A DNA stretch of 52,378 nt, filler included, from Squatina squatina (Eukaryota), in NCBI GenBank assembly GCA_031763465.1. It is 3 parts of 3 records of this genome, joined end to end, with 100 filler letters (N's around TTAATTAATTAA, not from the genome) between each part and the next. Parts side by side here need not be neighbours in the genome. Positions count along the whole stretch, not along the records: positions 1 to 21,297 come from JARFOE010000192.1; positions 21,398 to 34,608 come from JARFOE010000013.1; 1 more part is not named here. The stretch is one strand, 5' to 3'. A program made the position numbers and the translations under genes. Shown in pieces: positions 13,076-22,396 of the stretch (position 1 is its first letter; each line of letters begins with the position of its first letter). The notes under the pieces were generated by a model. That model did not search any database. It saw nothing but the letters and a program-made list of their open reading frames with translations, and had not been told where the DNA came from.

Positions 13076-13719
13076 TGTTCAGTAACCCTGTAAAATAATA
13101 CTGTCAAAGATTAATTATAAAGTAGTGAAAGCATCAAACATAATTAGGATTCCTGCTTGCTACTGTTCAGTTAAAATTAACCTGCATGTGAGCTAGTTGG
13201 GTGGAATAAATTTGTGTATGAGCCAAATTGCATATGAGCAAGTGGACACAGAAACAGTGTAGTTAGACAAATTTTCTATCATATTAATAGATAATATGGA
13301 TGTAAACCCAAGAGAAGTTGGGATGAGTATTGTAATCCTGTTGCATATAATGGGTTTTATGCAAAATTTCCTATAAATTACTGAAATAAAAACTTAACTG
13401 GGGACAATTATGCCAGCACTAAGCAAGGATCAGCTCAAATAAAATTGATGATTTAGAACTTGGTAAAACGTGGAAGTTTGCTTAGGAAGGTTTTGCATGT
13501 TTTCATGAATTTTAACCGCTTACTAAAATGTATGTGGTCAATTTTTTATTCTTTCATGGTTACTGAAATGCATATAGTTATTGTCTCATCTGTAGAACTA
13601 TTTGTTTTTCATTTAATTTTAATGGTAAATATTTTGAGTCCAGAAACATTCATCAATAAAGTCCCAAATGCACCTATCTCCATATTAGTGCAATTCTAAG
13701 TGGTTTGTTTCTTTCACAG

Positions 13720-13862
13720 AGAAGAAGATGAGTGTTCAGAGTTGCGTTCAGACCTTAGCCACAGCCAACAGGAGGCAAACGAAGATTGTAGAAGTATGGA
13801 TCAGGATCAAACCTCTGTCTCTGTGCCTGAGAACCAATCAATGATGGTCTCTGCAGATATAG
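13720..13862 (+). CDS. MCC: MCC (mutated in colorectal cancer) isolated internal exon (143 nt, phase 2/1)
   Basis: Flanked by ctttcacag| and |gtaagc. Encodes (R)EEDECSELRSDLSHSQQEANEDCRSMDQDQTSVSVPENQSMMVSADI, versus recalled human MCC REEDEYSELRSELSQSQHEVNEDSRSMDQDQTSVSIPENQSTMVTADM. Confidence 0.88.
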
Positions 13863-13949
13863 GTAAGCTGATCCTAGAACACCTGAAAATGTTTTATTCG
13901 ACATCAGCAAAATGTGCTCTAAAAGGCTAGATTCATAAATAAAACCAAA

Positions 13950-14115
13950 GCAAGGTACTGCGGATACTGGAAATCTGAAATAAAATCAGAAACTGCTGCA
14001 AATACTCAGCAGATCAGGCAGCATCTGTTCTGATGAAAGGACATTGACCTGAAAAGTTCTGCTTCTCTCTCCATAGATACTGCCTGACCTGAGTGTTTGC
14101 AGCATTTCCTATTTT
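13950..14115 (+). repeat. Palindromic shark repeat with a hammerhead-like core (Penelope-associated)
   Basis: Inverted arms gctgcaaatactcag...tcaggcagcatctg and catagatactgcctgacctgagtgtttgcagc flank CTGATGA-aagg-acattga-cct-GAAA. Confidence 0.65.
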
Positions 14116-14974
14116 NNNNNNNNNNNNNNNNNNNNNNNNNNNNNNNNNNNNNNNNNNNNNNNNNNNNNNNNNNNNNNNNNNNNNNNNNNNNNNNNNNNNN
14201 NNNNNNNNNNNNNNNGCGCAAAACGGGCGCTAAAATCACTGTTTTTGGTCTCCTTGCATTTTAAACACAGGGCAGACCAACTGAACCTTTTATTTCTAAA
14301 GCAGAAGCTTCAAGGCAAGTGAATTCGAAAGCAGCAGAACAGCACCTCCAGCATTCTCCTGATGCCATGCTGCTCTTTCTGATGACAATGGAAAGTGTAC
14401 ATGACAGATTAGGAAATGGAATTCATATTCACAAATCTTACTTAACTCTACATGTCAAATGTTTTTGTTTGACAACTGTAAGTGGATGAGTCATTATAGT
14501 GTATAAAGGATTTGAATATCTGCAGCAATCTGCCACGTCATCAATCTTTCTGTAGTTTATAGAATTAAGTTAAAGTTATATAAAAATTCAAAGTCAAGTA
14601 AAGGATCAATAAAAAGCTATCAAAGAGACTATGATAGTAACACATCATAATAAGTAGTCTACCTTCATCTTAGGAAAAATGAGTGCAAATTTGTACAGTA
14701 AACATTGAAAACTCAAGAGAACAATCAATTTTAAAATTTACATTGTAAAGAATTGAAGAAAAATGGACTAGTGTTTACTGTGATCATGAATAGGAGTGCC
14801 TCATTGATCGCTGAGCATGCTCTGTTGAAATATTTCACGTGACTCTGTATCCTCCATGGTAACTATTGAATAGGACAGAAACAGAGGTCCAGAAACGTGA
14901 TTGTGCAGTGCCATAATTTTTCCATAGTCATTCCACTAGTGTTCGTGTTTGGCACCTCTGAACTCTGCTCTTAA

Positions 14975-15060
14975 ACTTTAGACAATCATCAGTTAATTAC
15001 CTTAGGCATCTCTAAAGCCATTGATAGAGTCTGGCACTAGGTACTGCTAAACAAGTCACA
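14975..15060 (+). mobile_element. Very short ancient non-LTR RT fragment
   Basis: ttaggcatctctaaagccattgatagagtctggcac reads LGISKAIDRVWH, similar to the LDISKAFDRVWH motif. Confidence 0.55.
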
Positions 15061-15074
15061 ATCAATTGGCTTCT

Positions 15075-15340
15075 CAGCCTTGGCTCAGTGGTAGCAATCT
15101 CACCTCTGAGTCAGAAGGTTTTGGGTTGAAGACCCACTCTAGAGACTTGAGCACTGAGATTTGTGGGATTTTTGCAAATCTCGCACAGCACATCTGTTAA
15201 AGATTTTTAGGCTGACACTTCAGGGACTGCTGCACTGTTGAAGGAGCTGTTTTTTGGATGAGACGTTAAACTGAGGCCCCGTCTACCCTTTCAGGTGGAT
15301 GTAAAAGATCCCATGGCACAGTTCTCCCTAGTGTCCTTAC
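15075..15340 (+). mobile_element. tRNA-headed Deu-type SINE (SacSINE1-like)
   Basis: cagccttggctcagtggtagc...gagtcagaaggtt head followed by ggctgacacttcag...gctgcactgtt...caggtggatgtaaaagatcccatggcac core. Confidence 0.8.
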
Positions 15341-15684
15341 CAAANNNNNNNNNNNNNNNNNNNNNNNNNNNNNNNNNNNNNNNNNNNNNNNNNNNNNNNN
15401 NNNNNNNNNNNNNNNNNNNNNNNNNNNNNNNNNNNNNNNNNNNNTGTACAGTCAGGCTGAATCTGTTTACAATTTCGCTGCGTGTCGCGACCAGTTCCTC
15501 TCTGTACGTCTGATCTACAGTGATCGTTCCAGCAAGTGACAGTGCTTTAGGTGAGGACTTTACATCGCCGGGGAATGCCAATGATCATTTCCCTTTCCAG
15601 CTGAATAAAGACCACGTTTTTTTTATTGTCACGAACTGCAGCGGGTTTGGAAAATGTTTCGCTTACTGTACTTTTCCCTTTCAG

Positions 15685-15872
15685 ATGCAGGGCAACATGA
15701 AGTTTTGGCTGGGAGTGTTCACATTTGCATTTTGCATGCTGATCTGCATAGGGACTTTTGCCGATGCCTACCCTCGCAAGCCTAACTACCCCGGGAAAGG
15801 CGCTTCTGCAGAGGACTTGGCCAAATATTACTCCGCATTGAGGCACTACATTAACCTCATCACACGGCAGAG
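15685..15872 (+). CDS. NPY: Neuropeptide Y precursor, exon 2 (188 nt; signal peptide plus mature peptide residues 1-35)
   Basis: The acceptor ttccctttcag| directly precedes the ATG, and the donor AG|gtgagg splits Arg35, as in other NPY-family genes. A 28-aa signal peptide [28 protein letters not shown] is followed by [35 protein letters not shown]. Ala14 and [16 protein letters not shown] indicate NPY rather than PYY (Pro14). Exons 1, 3 and 4 were not found. Confidence 0.95.
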
Positions 15873-16639
15873 GTGAGGCCACATGCTCCCCGTGTGACAG
15901 ATCAGTACTGTCAACAGGCCCAGTTGGGTTTGGTGCAATGAGACAGGGTATTATTGCTGCACGCTCATTTCTTTGGGGCTTAGCACAAAACCAACATGAG
16001 GGAAAGGGAGAGAAAGAAATATACATCACGACAGTGTAGAGTACAACTTCCCATTAAAAACAAAGTCAAAGCTTTTCAATCTATATATATTTCTGTAAAT
16101 ATTGTATTTAATAAATTAGCTGCAAACAACTCCAGGTTTCGACACTTTTAAAAACATTTCTCGCAACACGTCTCGTAATTATTTGAATGTATTCATGTTT
16201 GCATTAGATCTGGTTAGTGATTGATGCAGGCTCAGTGCTGGGCAGTAGTGCACGCCTGTCCGTGGCCTTCGCTGGGTTTACGAAAGCGACAATCCAAGAT
16301 TGCGTAAAATAACACGCGGCAACACTTTTCCACTTCATCTGGTTTAATGACTAAAATGTCACCTGCAGCGCGGGAAGGGTAGAGACCCATAAAATAGGGG
16401 CGGGGCAGATCACAACACCTTCATCTCTTTTTATCCATACAAAATACTTCAAAATACAGCAAAATCTCGTGCTTGTTTGTTTTTTAAAAAATTATTCAGC
16501 TTACTGATATAAATAAATTGTTTTTGGTAGCGATTGAATCCTGAGAGACACAAATAAGGTGCAATATCAATCAAAACCTTCCTTTTTTGTCATGCCAGTG
16601 TAGCTAAGAATAAAAATCACTACCTGCTCCTGACTCAGA

Positions 16640-16935
16640 GACTCCCCTAAATTACCTTAAGAACCACCCAATTATTCCAGGACAGCATGTCTATCGCATT
16701 GATAGCACAGACATGTCAGGAGCTCCTCAGCTAAGAGTGAGCTTCGAGCATGGAAGCGGCTGCACAAAGTTTCAACTGCAAGAAAGAAAAGGGAAGGATG
16801 CATTCCAGAGTCCTGAATATGCACATAATCAGATTTGAGGTCATCTAGACCACAATGCTTGGTGGGGAGGCCTTGGAACTGGCTTTGAAAATCCAGGCAA
16901 TTATGGCTTGTGCCTTGTGGCTTCAGCACTTGGCT
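16640..16935 (-). mobile_element. Degenerate LINE fragment (L2-like)
   Basis: Resembles decayed L2 ORF2 C-terminal sequence on the minus strand. Support is weak. Confidence 0.35.
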
Positions 16936-17247
16936 GAGTCTTCCCTGAAGTTAAAGTGAATCTAAAGGAATGCAAGCTAGAGTTTTGCCCTTTTATTCAA
17001 TCGTGCCTTATTGTGCAATTAAGCATTTGGGAACATTTATATACATAAGTGAAAAAATATATTCTGGAAACAATAACCACTGTGGCAATACAGACTGTAC
17101 AGTACTTTTTATAAAGTGGCTGAAATTGCGATCCCCCCAGGTGTGTANNNNNNNNNNNNNNNNNNNNNNNNNNNNNNNNNNNNNNNNNNNNNNNNNNNNN
17201 NNNNNNNNNNNNNNNNNNNNNNNNNNNNNNNNNNNNNNNNNNNNNNN

Positions 17248-17640
17248 CCAACAGCACGGCATTCAAGCAGAGTGCCGGGCTGTCCAATCACGGTACGGAT
17301 GCCAACGGAGCACAGAAAAAATCAGAGGATTTTTCTTTACAGCAGCACACCTTCCCTTTAAGCTTTGCCCCGTGAGCACTCAGCACAGCTTCAGGAGGTG
17401 ATACCCAATTTATGGTCCGGGGCACCAATAGGGCACTGTGCACAGTGATGACATCAGCATCATTGGTGCAGGATCTTCGGGTTCTATGGGTTACCACCGC
17501 CGCTAAACNNNNNNNNNNCCATCAAATTTAGCAGAAGTCGTTAGCGGCAGCACGCCCAATCGCAAAGTTGTTTACATCCTGTTAACGCCCCTCCGTCGGG
17601 GCTAATGGGAAGCACAAATGACCAGAATTTCTAGGCCTTA
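17248..17640. mobile_element. CpG-rich non-autonomous DNA transposon (MITE-like) end
   Basis: CpG-rich patch in AT-rich surroundings, ending in gaatttctaggcc, which resembles Harbinger-type termini. The partner end would lie in the N gap. Confidence 0.4.
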
Positions 17641-18238
17641 GAGTCCAAAGATCAGAAAGCACTCGTGTTATTCTCAATTTTATTTGGTGCATCAATGTCC
17701 TTCTAAAGTACTTAAAATTGCATAGATATTCCAAATATAATTCTACAGAACAGAATTATTTTTGAGGGATTGAGGTTTTAATATAGGATGCTGAGTATAA
17801 CCTTTTTAAGACCATAACTAAGATTGATTTCAAAAGCTGCATAAATAAGATACAAGCTATCCAGACTGAAACAACCCAATAGAAAAATGTTTACTTACTG
17901 AGCAGTTCCCTCATTTTATTTTAGTCATTAGAAGAGGAAAAATGAAATACTGTTATAATAATAAATTCTAATGGGTACATTAAGAGGTAATGAATTCCCA
18001 AATGAAAAATTAAACTAATGAAATAAACCAGAATCAGTCACAATTCTGACTGCATCAAGCACCAAAACCATGTGTCTTCTCTATCCAAATTAATGGAGCT
18101 TAAAAATTGAATGTATTTACAATCTCACAAAACAGCAGNNNNNNNNNNNNNNNNNNNNNNNNNNNNNNNNNNNNNNNNNNNNNNNNNNNNNNNNNNNNNN
18201 NNNNNNNNNNNNNNNNNNNNNNNNNNNNNNNNNNNNNN

Positions 18239-18314
18239 GATCGTGTTGAATGGCGGTGCAGGCTCGAAGGGCCTAATGGCCTACTCCTGCACCTATTTTC
18301 TATGTTTCTATGTT
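18239..18314 (+). mobile_element. CR1 LINE 3' terminus
   Basis: gaatggcggtgcaggctcgaagggcctaatggcctactcctgcacctattttctatgtttctatg is a CR1 3' UTR with an 8-mer tail. The same end occurs reversed at 19650-19710. Confidence 0.8.
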
Positions 18315-18830
18315 TAAATCAGGTGGCTTAATTAACAGGAGCTGACTGTATCCCACTGTCTATAATTTTTGACTTTTCTCTGCTCTGGTCAGCTCTGTCC
18401 AGGCTACCTAACCTTCAATTATAGTTTCTCCTCTCCCTGTACTTCCTGTTCTGCACTAGGTTCATCTTTCCAGGCTAGGGTTCTGAACATGTGGCAGCTT
18501 CACATTTGTATTGCCAGATGACCCCTGTGTTTCCAATTGTAGACTGAATATGTGTGAGGCTTTGCACTCGTATTGAACCTCTGAAGCAGTGCAATTAAAA
18601 TAACTTATCAGGAAAAATTGTTTTGTCAATCTCTTCTATTCATGAGTAACTAAAATCAGTTTTGAATTGTTTTAATAGCCTGCCATTCACTAATGAAGCC
18701 TAATGTCTGCATAAAATAAGCTGAATATAAATAACAAGTTTACAATTTTGAGCTGTGATTGTGGTTGCTTATGGCAGCTTCACTAATTGGTGCCGAATTT
18801 TCAGTTTACTTTCATATCTCCTCAGCAGCA

Positions 18831-18947
18831 ATGCAGCAGGTGTTGGACAACCTCACTGAGTTGCCCATCTCTACAGGAGCTAAGGAGATAGACCTCATCT
18901 TCCTCAAAGGAATAATGGAGAGTCCTATTGTCAGATCTCTTGCCAAG
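18831..18947 (+). CDS. MPP6: MAGUK p55 subfamily member, probably MPP6/PALS2 (MPP2 not excluded); first L27-region exon (exon starts at 18826 or 18829)
   Basis: Flanked by ctcag|cag|ca ATG and AAG|gtactg. Encodes MQQVLDNLTELPISTGAKEIDLIFLKGIMESPIVRSLAK (human MPP6 MQQVLENLTELPSSTGAEEIDLIFLKGIMENPIVKSLAK). Placement next to NPY favours MPP6. Confidence 0.75.
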
Positions 18948-19019
18948 GTACTGTACTTGCAGTTCTTTTTAATGTTTTATCCCTCATATAATTGTATTTC
19001 ATAAGGACTTGTTTACTAC

Positions 19020-19648
19020 AGTACTATTCATTTATATAGCCCCATTAAAGTAGGAAATCGTAGCAAGCCGACAACTGACACCGAGCCAAAGGAGGAGATA
19101 TTAGAAAGGTTTGATTAAAAGCTTGGTCAAAGAGATAGGTTTCAGGGCGGGGGTTCTTAACAACAACAGCAACAACTTTTATTTATATAGTGCCTTTACC
19201 GGAGTAAAGCATCCAAAGGTGCTTTATAGGAGTGTAATCAGACAAAAAAATTGACAGAGCCAAAGGACTGGTGACAAAAAACTTGGTTAAGAAGGTAAGA
19301 TTTTAGGAACGCCTTAAAAGAGGAAGTGTGGAGAGGTTTAAGAAAGAAGCGAGGAGCGGTTTAAGGGAATTCCAGAGCTCAGGACTTAGGCAGTGGAAAG
19401 CGCAGCTACCAATGGTGAGTTGAAGAAAGTCAGAAACAGAGTTCACGGTGGGTTGTGGGGCTGGAGAAGGTTTTGGCAAAAGGGAGGGGTTGAGGCCTTG
19501 GAGGGATTTGAAAACCAGGATGAGAATACTAAATCTGAGGCATGGTTGGACCTGGAGCCAATGTAGGTCAGCGAGCACAAGGGTGATGGGTGAACAAAAC
19601 CTGAGAGAGTTGGGAAACAGGCAGCAGTTTTAGATGATCTCAAGTTTA
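19020..19648 (-). mobile_element. L2-clade LINE 3' fragment with duplicated 3' tail
   Basis: Reads LADLHWLQVQPCLRFSILILVFKSLQGL, homologous to 2820-3670. Two successive tail segments lie at about 19025-19150 and 19158-19320. Confidence 0.8.
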
Positions 19649-19649
19649 T

Positions 19650-19710
19650 GGAAACATAGACATAGAAAATAGGAGTAGGCCACTCGGCCCTTCGAGCCTG
19701 CGCCGCCATT
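19650..19710 (-). mobile_element. CR1 LINE 3' terminus interrupting the L2 copy
   Basis: gaaacatagacatagaaaataggagtaggccactcggcccttcgagcctgcgccgccatt is the reverse complement of the 18239-18314 type end. Confidence 0.8.
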
Positions 19711-20517
19711 NNNNNNNNNNNNNNNNNNNNNNNNNNNNNNNNNNNNNNNNNNNNNNNNNNNNNNNNNNNNNNNNNNNNNNNNNNNNNNNNNNNNNNNNNN
19801 NNNNNNNNNNACTTTCTAATGACATTTGTTCATAACTGACTTGATCAAAACTCTGATTAATGTAATCAATAACTGGTAAGAGGTTGGGGATAAAGTCCAT
19901 TGTTGAAACAGTATATAGAGAACTTTACATCTGATACATAACCTGGGAGCGATTTTTTGCTAAAACTAGTTCAAAAGGAGGAAATGTTCTCCTTCCAAGC
20001 ATTACCAAAATTTGGGAGTAGAATACACATTTAACTGGATTTCATTTCTGTTGTCTTCAGACACTTCAAGTTTAACCCATTATCTAAGTAATGGGAAACT
20101 GCCATGTTGGACATTGGTTGATATGAACTTCGTTTCTAGAAGATAGGGCATATATTTTAGCAGATACTTCTCGTGTCTAACTTGCCTGTGTTCACTAGTA
20201 TATAATTGTTTGGATTGAATCTTTCCTGATGTAAATGTTGGCTTTATGTTTAACAAAAATACTTTGATAAAAGCTGTTAGATTTTATGATTAATTCTGTG
20301 ACTAGAGGTTCATGAAATATTTCAAGTTATACCTATTTATCTAAGAATTGTCTCCAGAGCAGTTCTGATGAGCATTGCTCTTGTGATCAAGTGAGATATT
20401 TTGCCTTTCAGGAAGGAGCTGCTTTACTTTGGTATGCTATTAGCCCACAGGAAGTAGGTATAGCAGTAGTAATGTGCTGTGAGAAGTTGTACATGTTACC
20501 ATGTTTATCTGCTACAG

Positions 20518-20670
20518 GCTCATGAGCGACTTGAAGAAACCAAACTGGAAGCTGTGAGAGAGAATAATGTGGACCTTGTGAAGCAAATTCTTGAAGATAT
20601 CAGCTGCATAGTTCATCACAATGAGACTGCAACAGAGCTGGCCAAAATTCTAAAGGAACCACACTTTCAG
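20518..20670 (+). CDS. MPP6: MPP6/PALS2-like (or MPP2) second L27-region exon (153 nt, phase 0/0)
   Basis: Flanked by ctacag| and |gtacag. Encodes AHERLEETKLEAVRENNVDLVKQILEDISCIVHHNETATELAKILKEPHFQ, which directly continues the 18831-18947 exon. Confidence 0.75.
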
Positions 20671-21297
20671 GTACAGTCTGCAGTTATATAGTATTTCCTT
20701 CTGGGTTTCCTATATAAACAACATTTGTACAATAGACCAATAATAAACCTTCTATCAACTGATGCTGCAGGGGACACAGGACATCAGCAACTGACCAGGG
20801 ATGGCCTCACCATGGCCAGATTTGCTTCATTGACGCTGTACACCCTGGCTGCCACATGATGCACCAGGTTGGCAACACTCCACACCAAAACCATAAAGCA
20901 ATCCTGCAATGCCCAAGCCATTCCTTTCATTCTCATTAACAACTGCGAGGGTTACCATTATGTCTCACCTTCACTGCAACTCACAAAGCCATTTCCAAAG
21001 GTGCACACAGATCTGTCCAAGAACACAAAGTGTTGAAAAAAAAATTCAATGTTTGACAGCACATTAACAGAAACTTCACTTGAAAATTACATAAAACACC
21101 TAATCAGAACTTGGCAGATACAATGGCAAGAGTGCAAGAGAGCACCTTGCACCTCCACCCATCCCTCTCTGTCTACATTGCCACTTCCCCACCTCACTAG
21201 CCACCCCTCACACTAACCTTCATTCTAGTCCAATCATACCAACTAATAACACACAAGGGGAACTATAGCTATTACATTTTTAAATATTAGCTTAATT

Positions 21298-21397
21298 NNN
21301 NNNNNNNNNNNNNNNNNNNNNNNNNNNNNNNNNNNNNNNNNTTAATTAATTAANNNNNNNNNNNNNNNNNNNNNNNNNNNNNNNNNNNNNNNNNNNN
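21298..21397. other. Assembly spacer: 44 N + TTAATTAATTAA + 44 N
   Basis: A 12-mer carrying stops in all six frames, centred in a 100-base gap. An identical construct occurs at 34609-34708. Confidence 0.95.
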
Positions 21398-22396
21398 CTC
21401 CAGGCCAAATCCAAGGTCACCTCGACCTCCATCACCGAGCTGCAATATGCAGACGACGTCTGCGTGTGCGCACACTTGAAATCCGAGCTTCAAACTACCG
21501 TCGATATATTCACTGAGGCATATGAGAGAATGGGCCTCACACTGAACATCCGCAACTCAAAAATGCTACACCAGCCCACTCCTGCCACACTCCACCAATC
21601 CCCAAACATCAATATCTATGGCAAGCCCCTGGACAACATGGAACACTTCCCATACCTCGGGAGCCTCCTCTCAGCCAAGGCAGCCTTCGGGTGCTTGAGT
21701 TAGAGTGTTTGAAGACAAGGACCTTAGACCTGGCACCAAGCTCATGGACTACAGGGCAGCAGTGGTACCCGCCCTCCTGTATGCATCGGAGTCATGGACA
21801 CTGTACAGCAGACACATCAAAGCACTAGAGAAATACCACCAATGCTGCATCCACAAAATCCTGCAAATTAATTGGCAGGACAAACACCCCAATGTCAGCT
21901 CCCTCACTCAGGCCAACCTCCCCAGCATCGAGGCACTGGTCACGCTCACCCAACTGCAATGGGCCGGTCACATCATCTGCATGCCTGATTCAAGACTCCC
22001 GAAACAGGCACTATACTCTGAACTCAGACATGGGAAATGTCTCCGAGGAGGGCAGAGGAAATGCTGCAAGGACGCCTTCAAGGTCTCATTGAAAAAATGC
22101 AACATCCCCACCGACACATGGGAATCCGTGGCCCAATACTGCCTGCAATGGAGAAGAAACACCCGTGAAGGCACCAACCGCTTCGAGTCTCTCCAGTGGG
22201 AGCATGTGGAGGCCACATGCAGGCTGTGGAAGGAGCGCACAGCAACACGAGCATCCCATCCGCTCGCCTTATCAAGCACCACCTGCCCCACCTGCGACCA
22301 TGTTTGCGGATCCCACATCGGACTTTTCAGCCACCTCAGAACCACAACCCCGGAGTGGAAGCAAGTCATCCTCGACCCCGAGGGACTACCTAAGAA
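21398..22396 (+). mobile_element. RTE-clade LINE, 3' portion (RT C-terminus to 3' end), disrupted
   Basis: Contains ELQYADD at about 21436-21456, GLTLNI.., FPYLGS, VPALLYASESW, QLQWAGHIICMPDSRLPKQALYSEL and a terminal CPTCDHVCGSHIGLFSHLRT. A stop/frameshift lies near 21700. Confidence 0.9.

Noticed and set aside
15520-15684. In-frame N-terminal extension of NPY in the ORF track
   Set aside because: It is intron 1 sequence; a strong acceptor lies immediately before the true ATG at 15685.
15547-16029. 160-aa antisense ORF over NPY exon 2
   Set aside because: No recognisable motifs; most likely a by-product of the GC-richer exon.
15873-18820. Apparent loss of NPY exons 3-4 and of the remaining STK31 and MPP6 exons
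   Set aside because: The region is fragmented by gaps, so absence cannot be read as gene truncation.
21342-21353. Palindromic TTAATTAATTAA inside N runs (also 34653-34664)
   Set aside because: It is centred in a 100-base gap with 44 N on each side and has stops in all six frames, so it is a scaffolding linker rather than biology.
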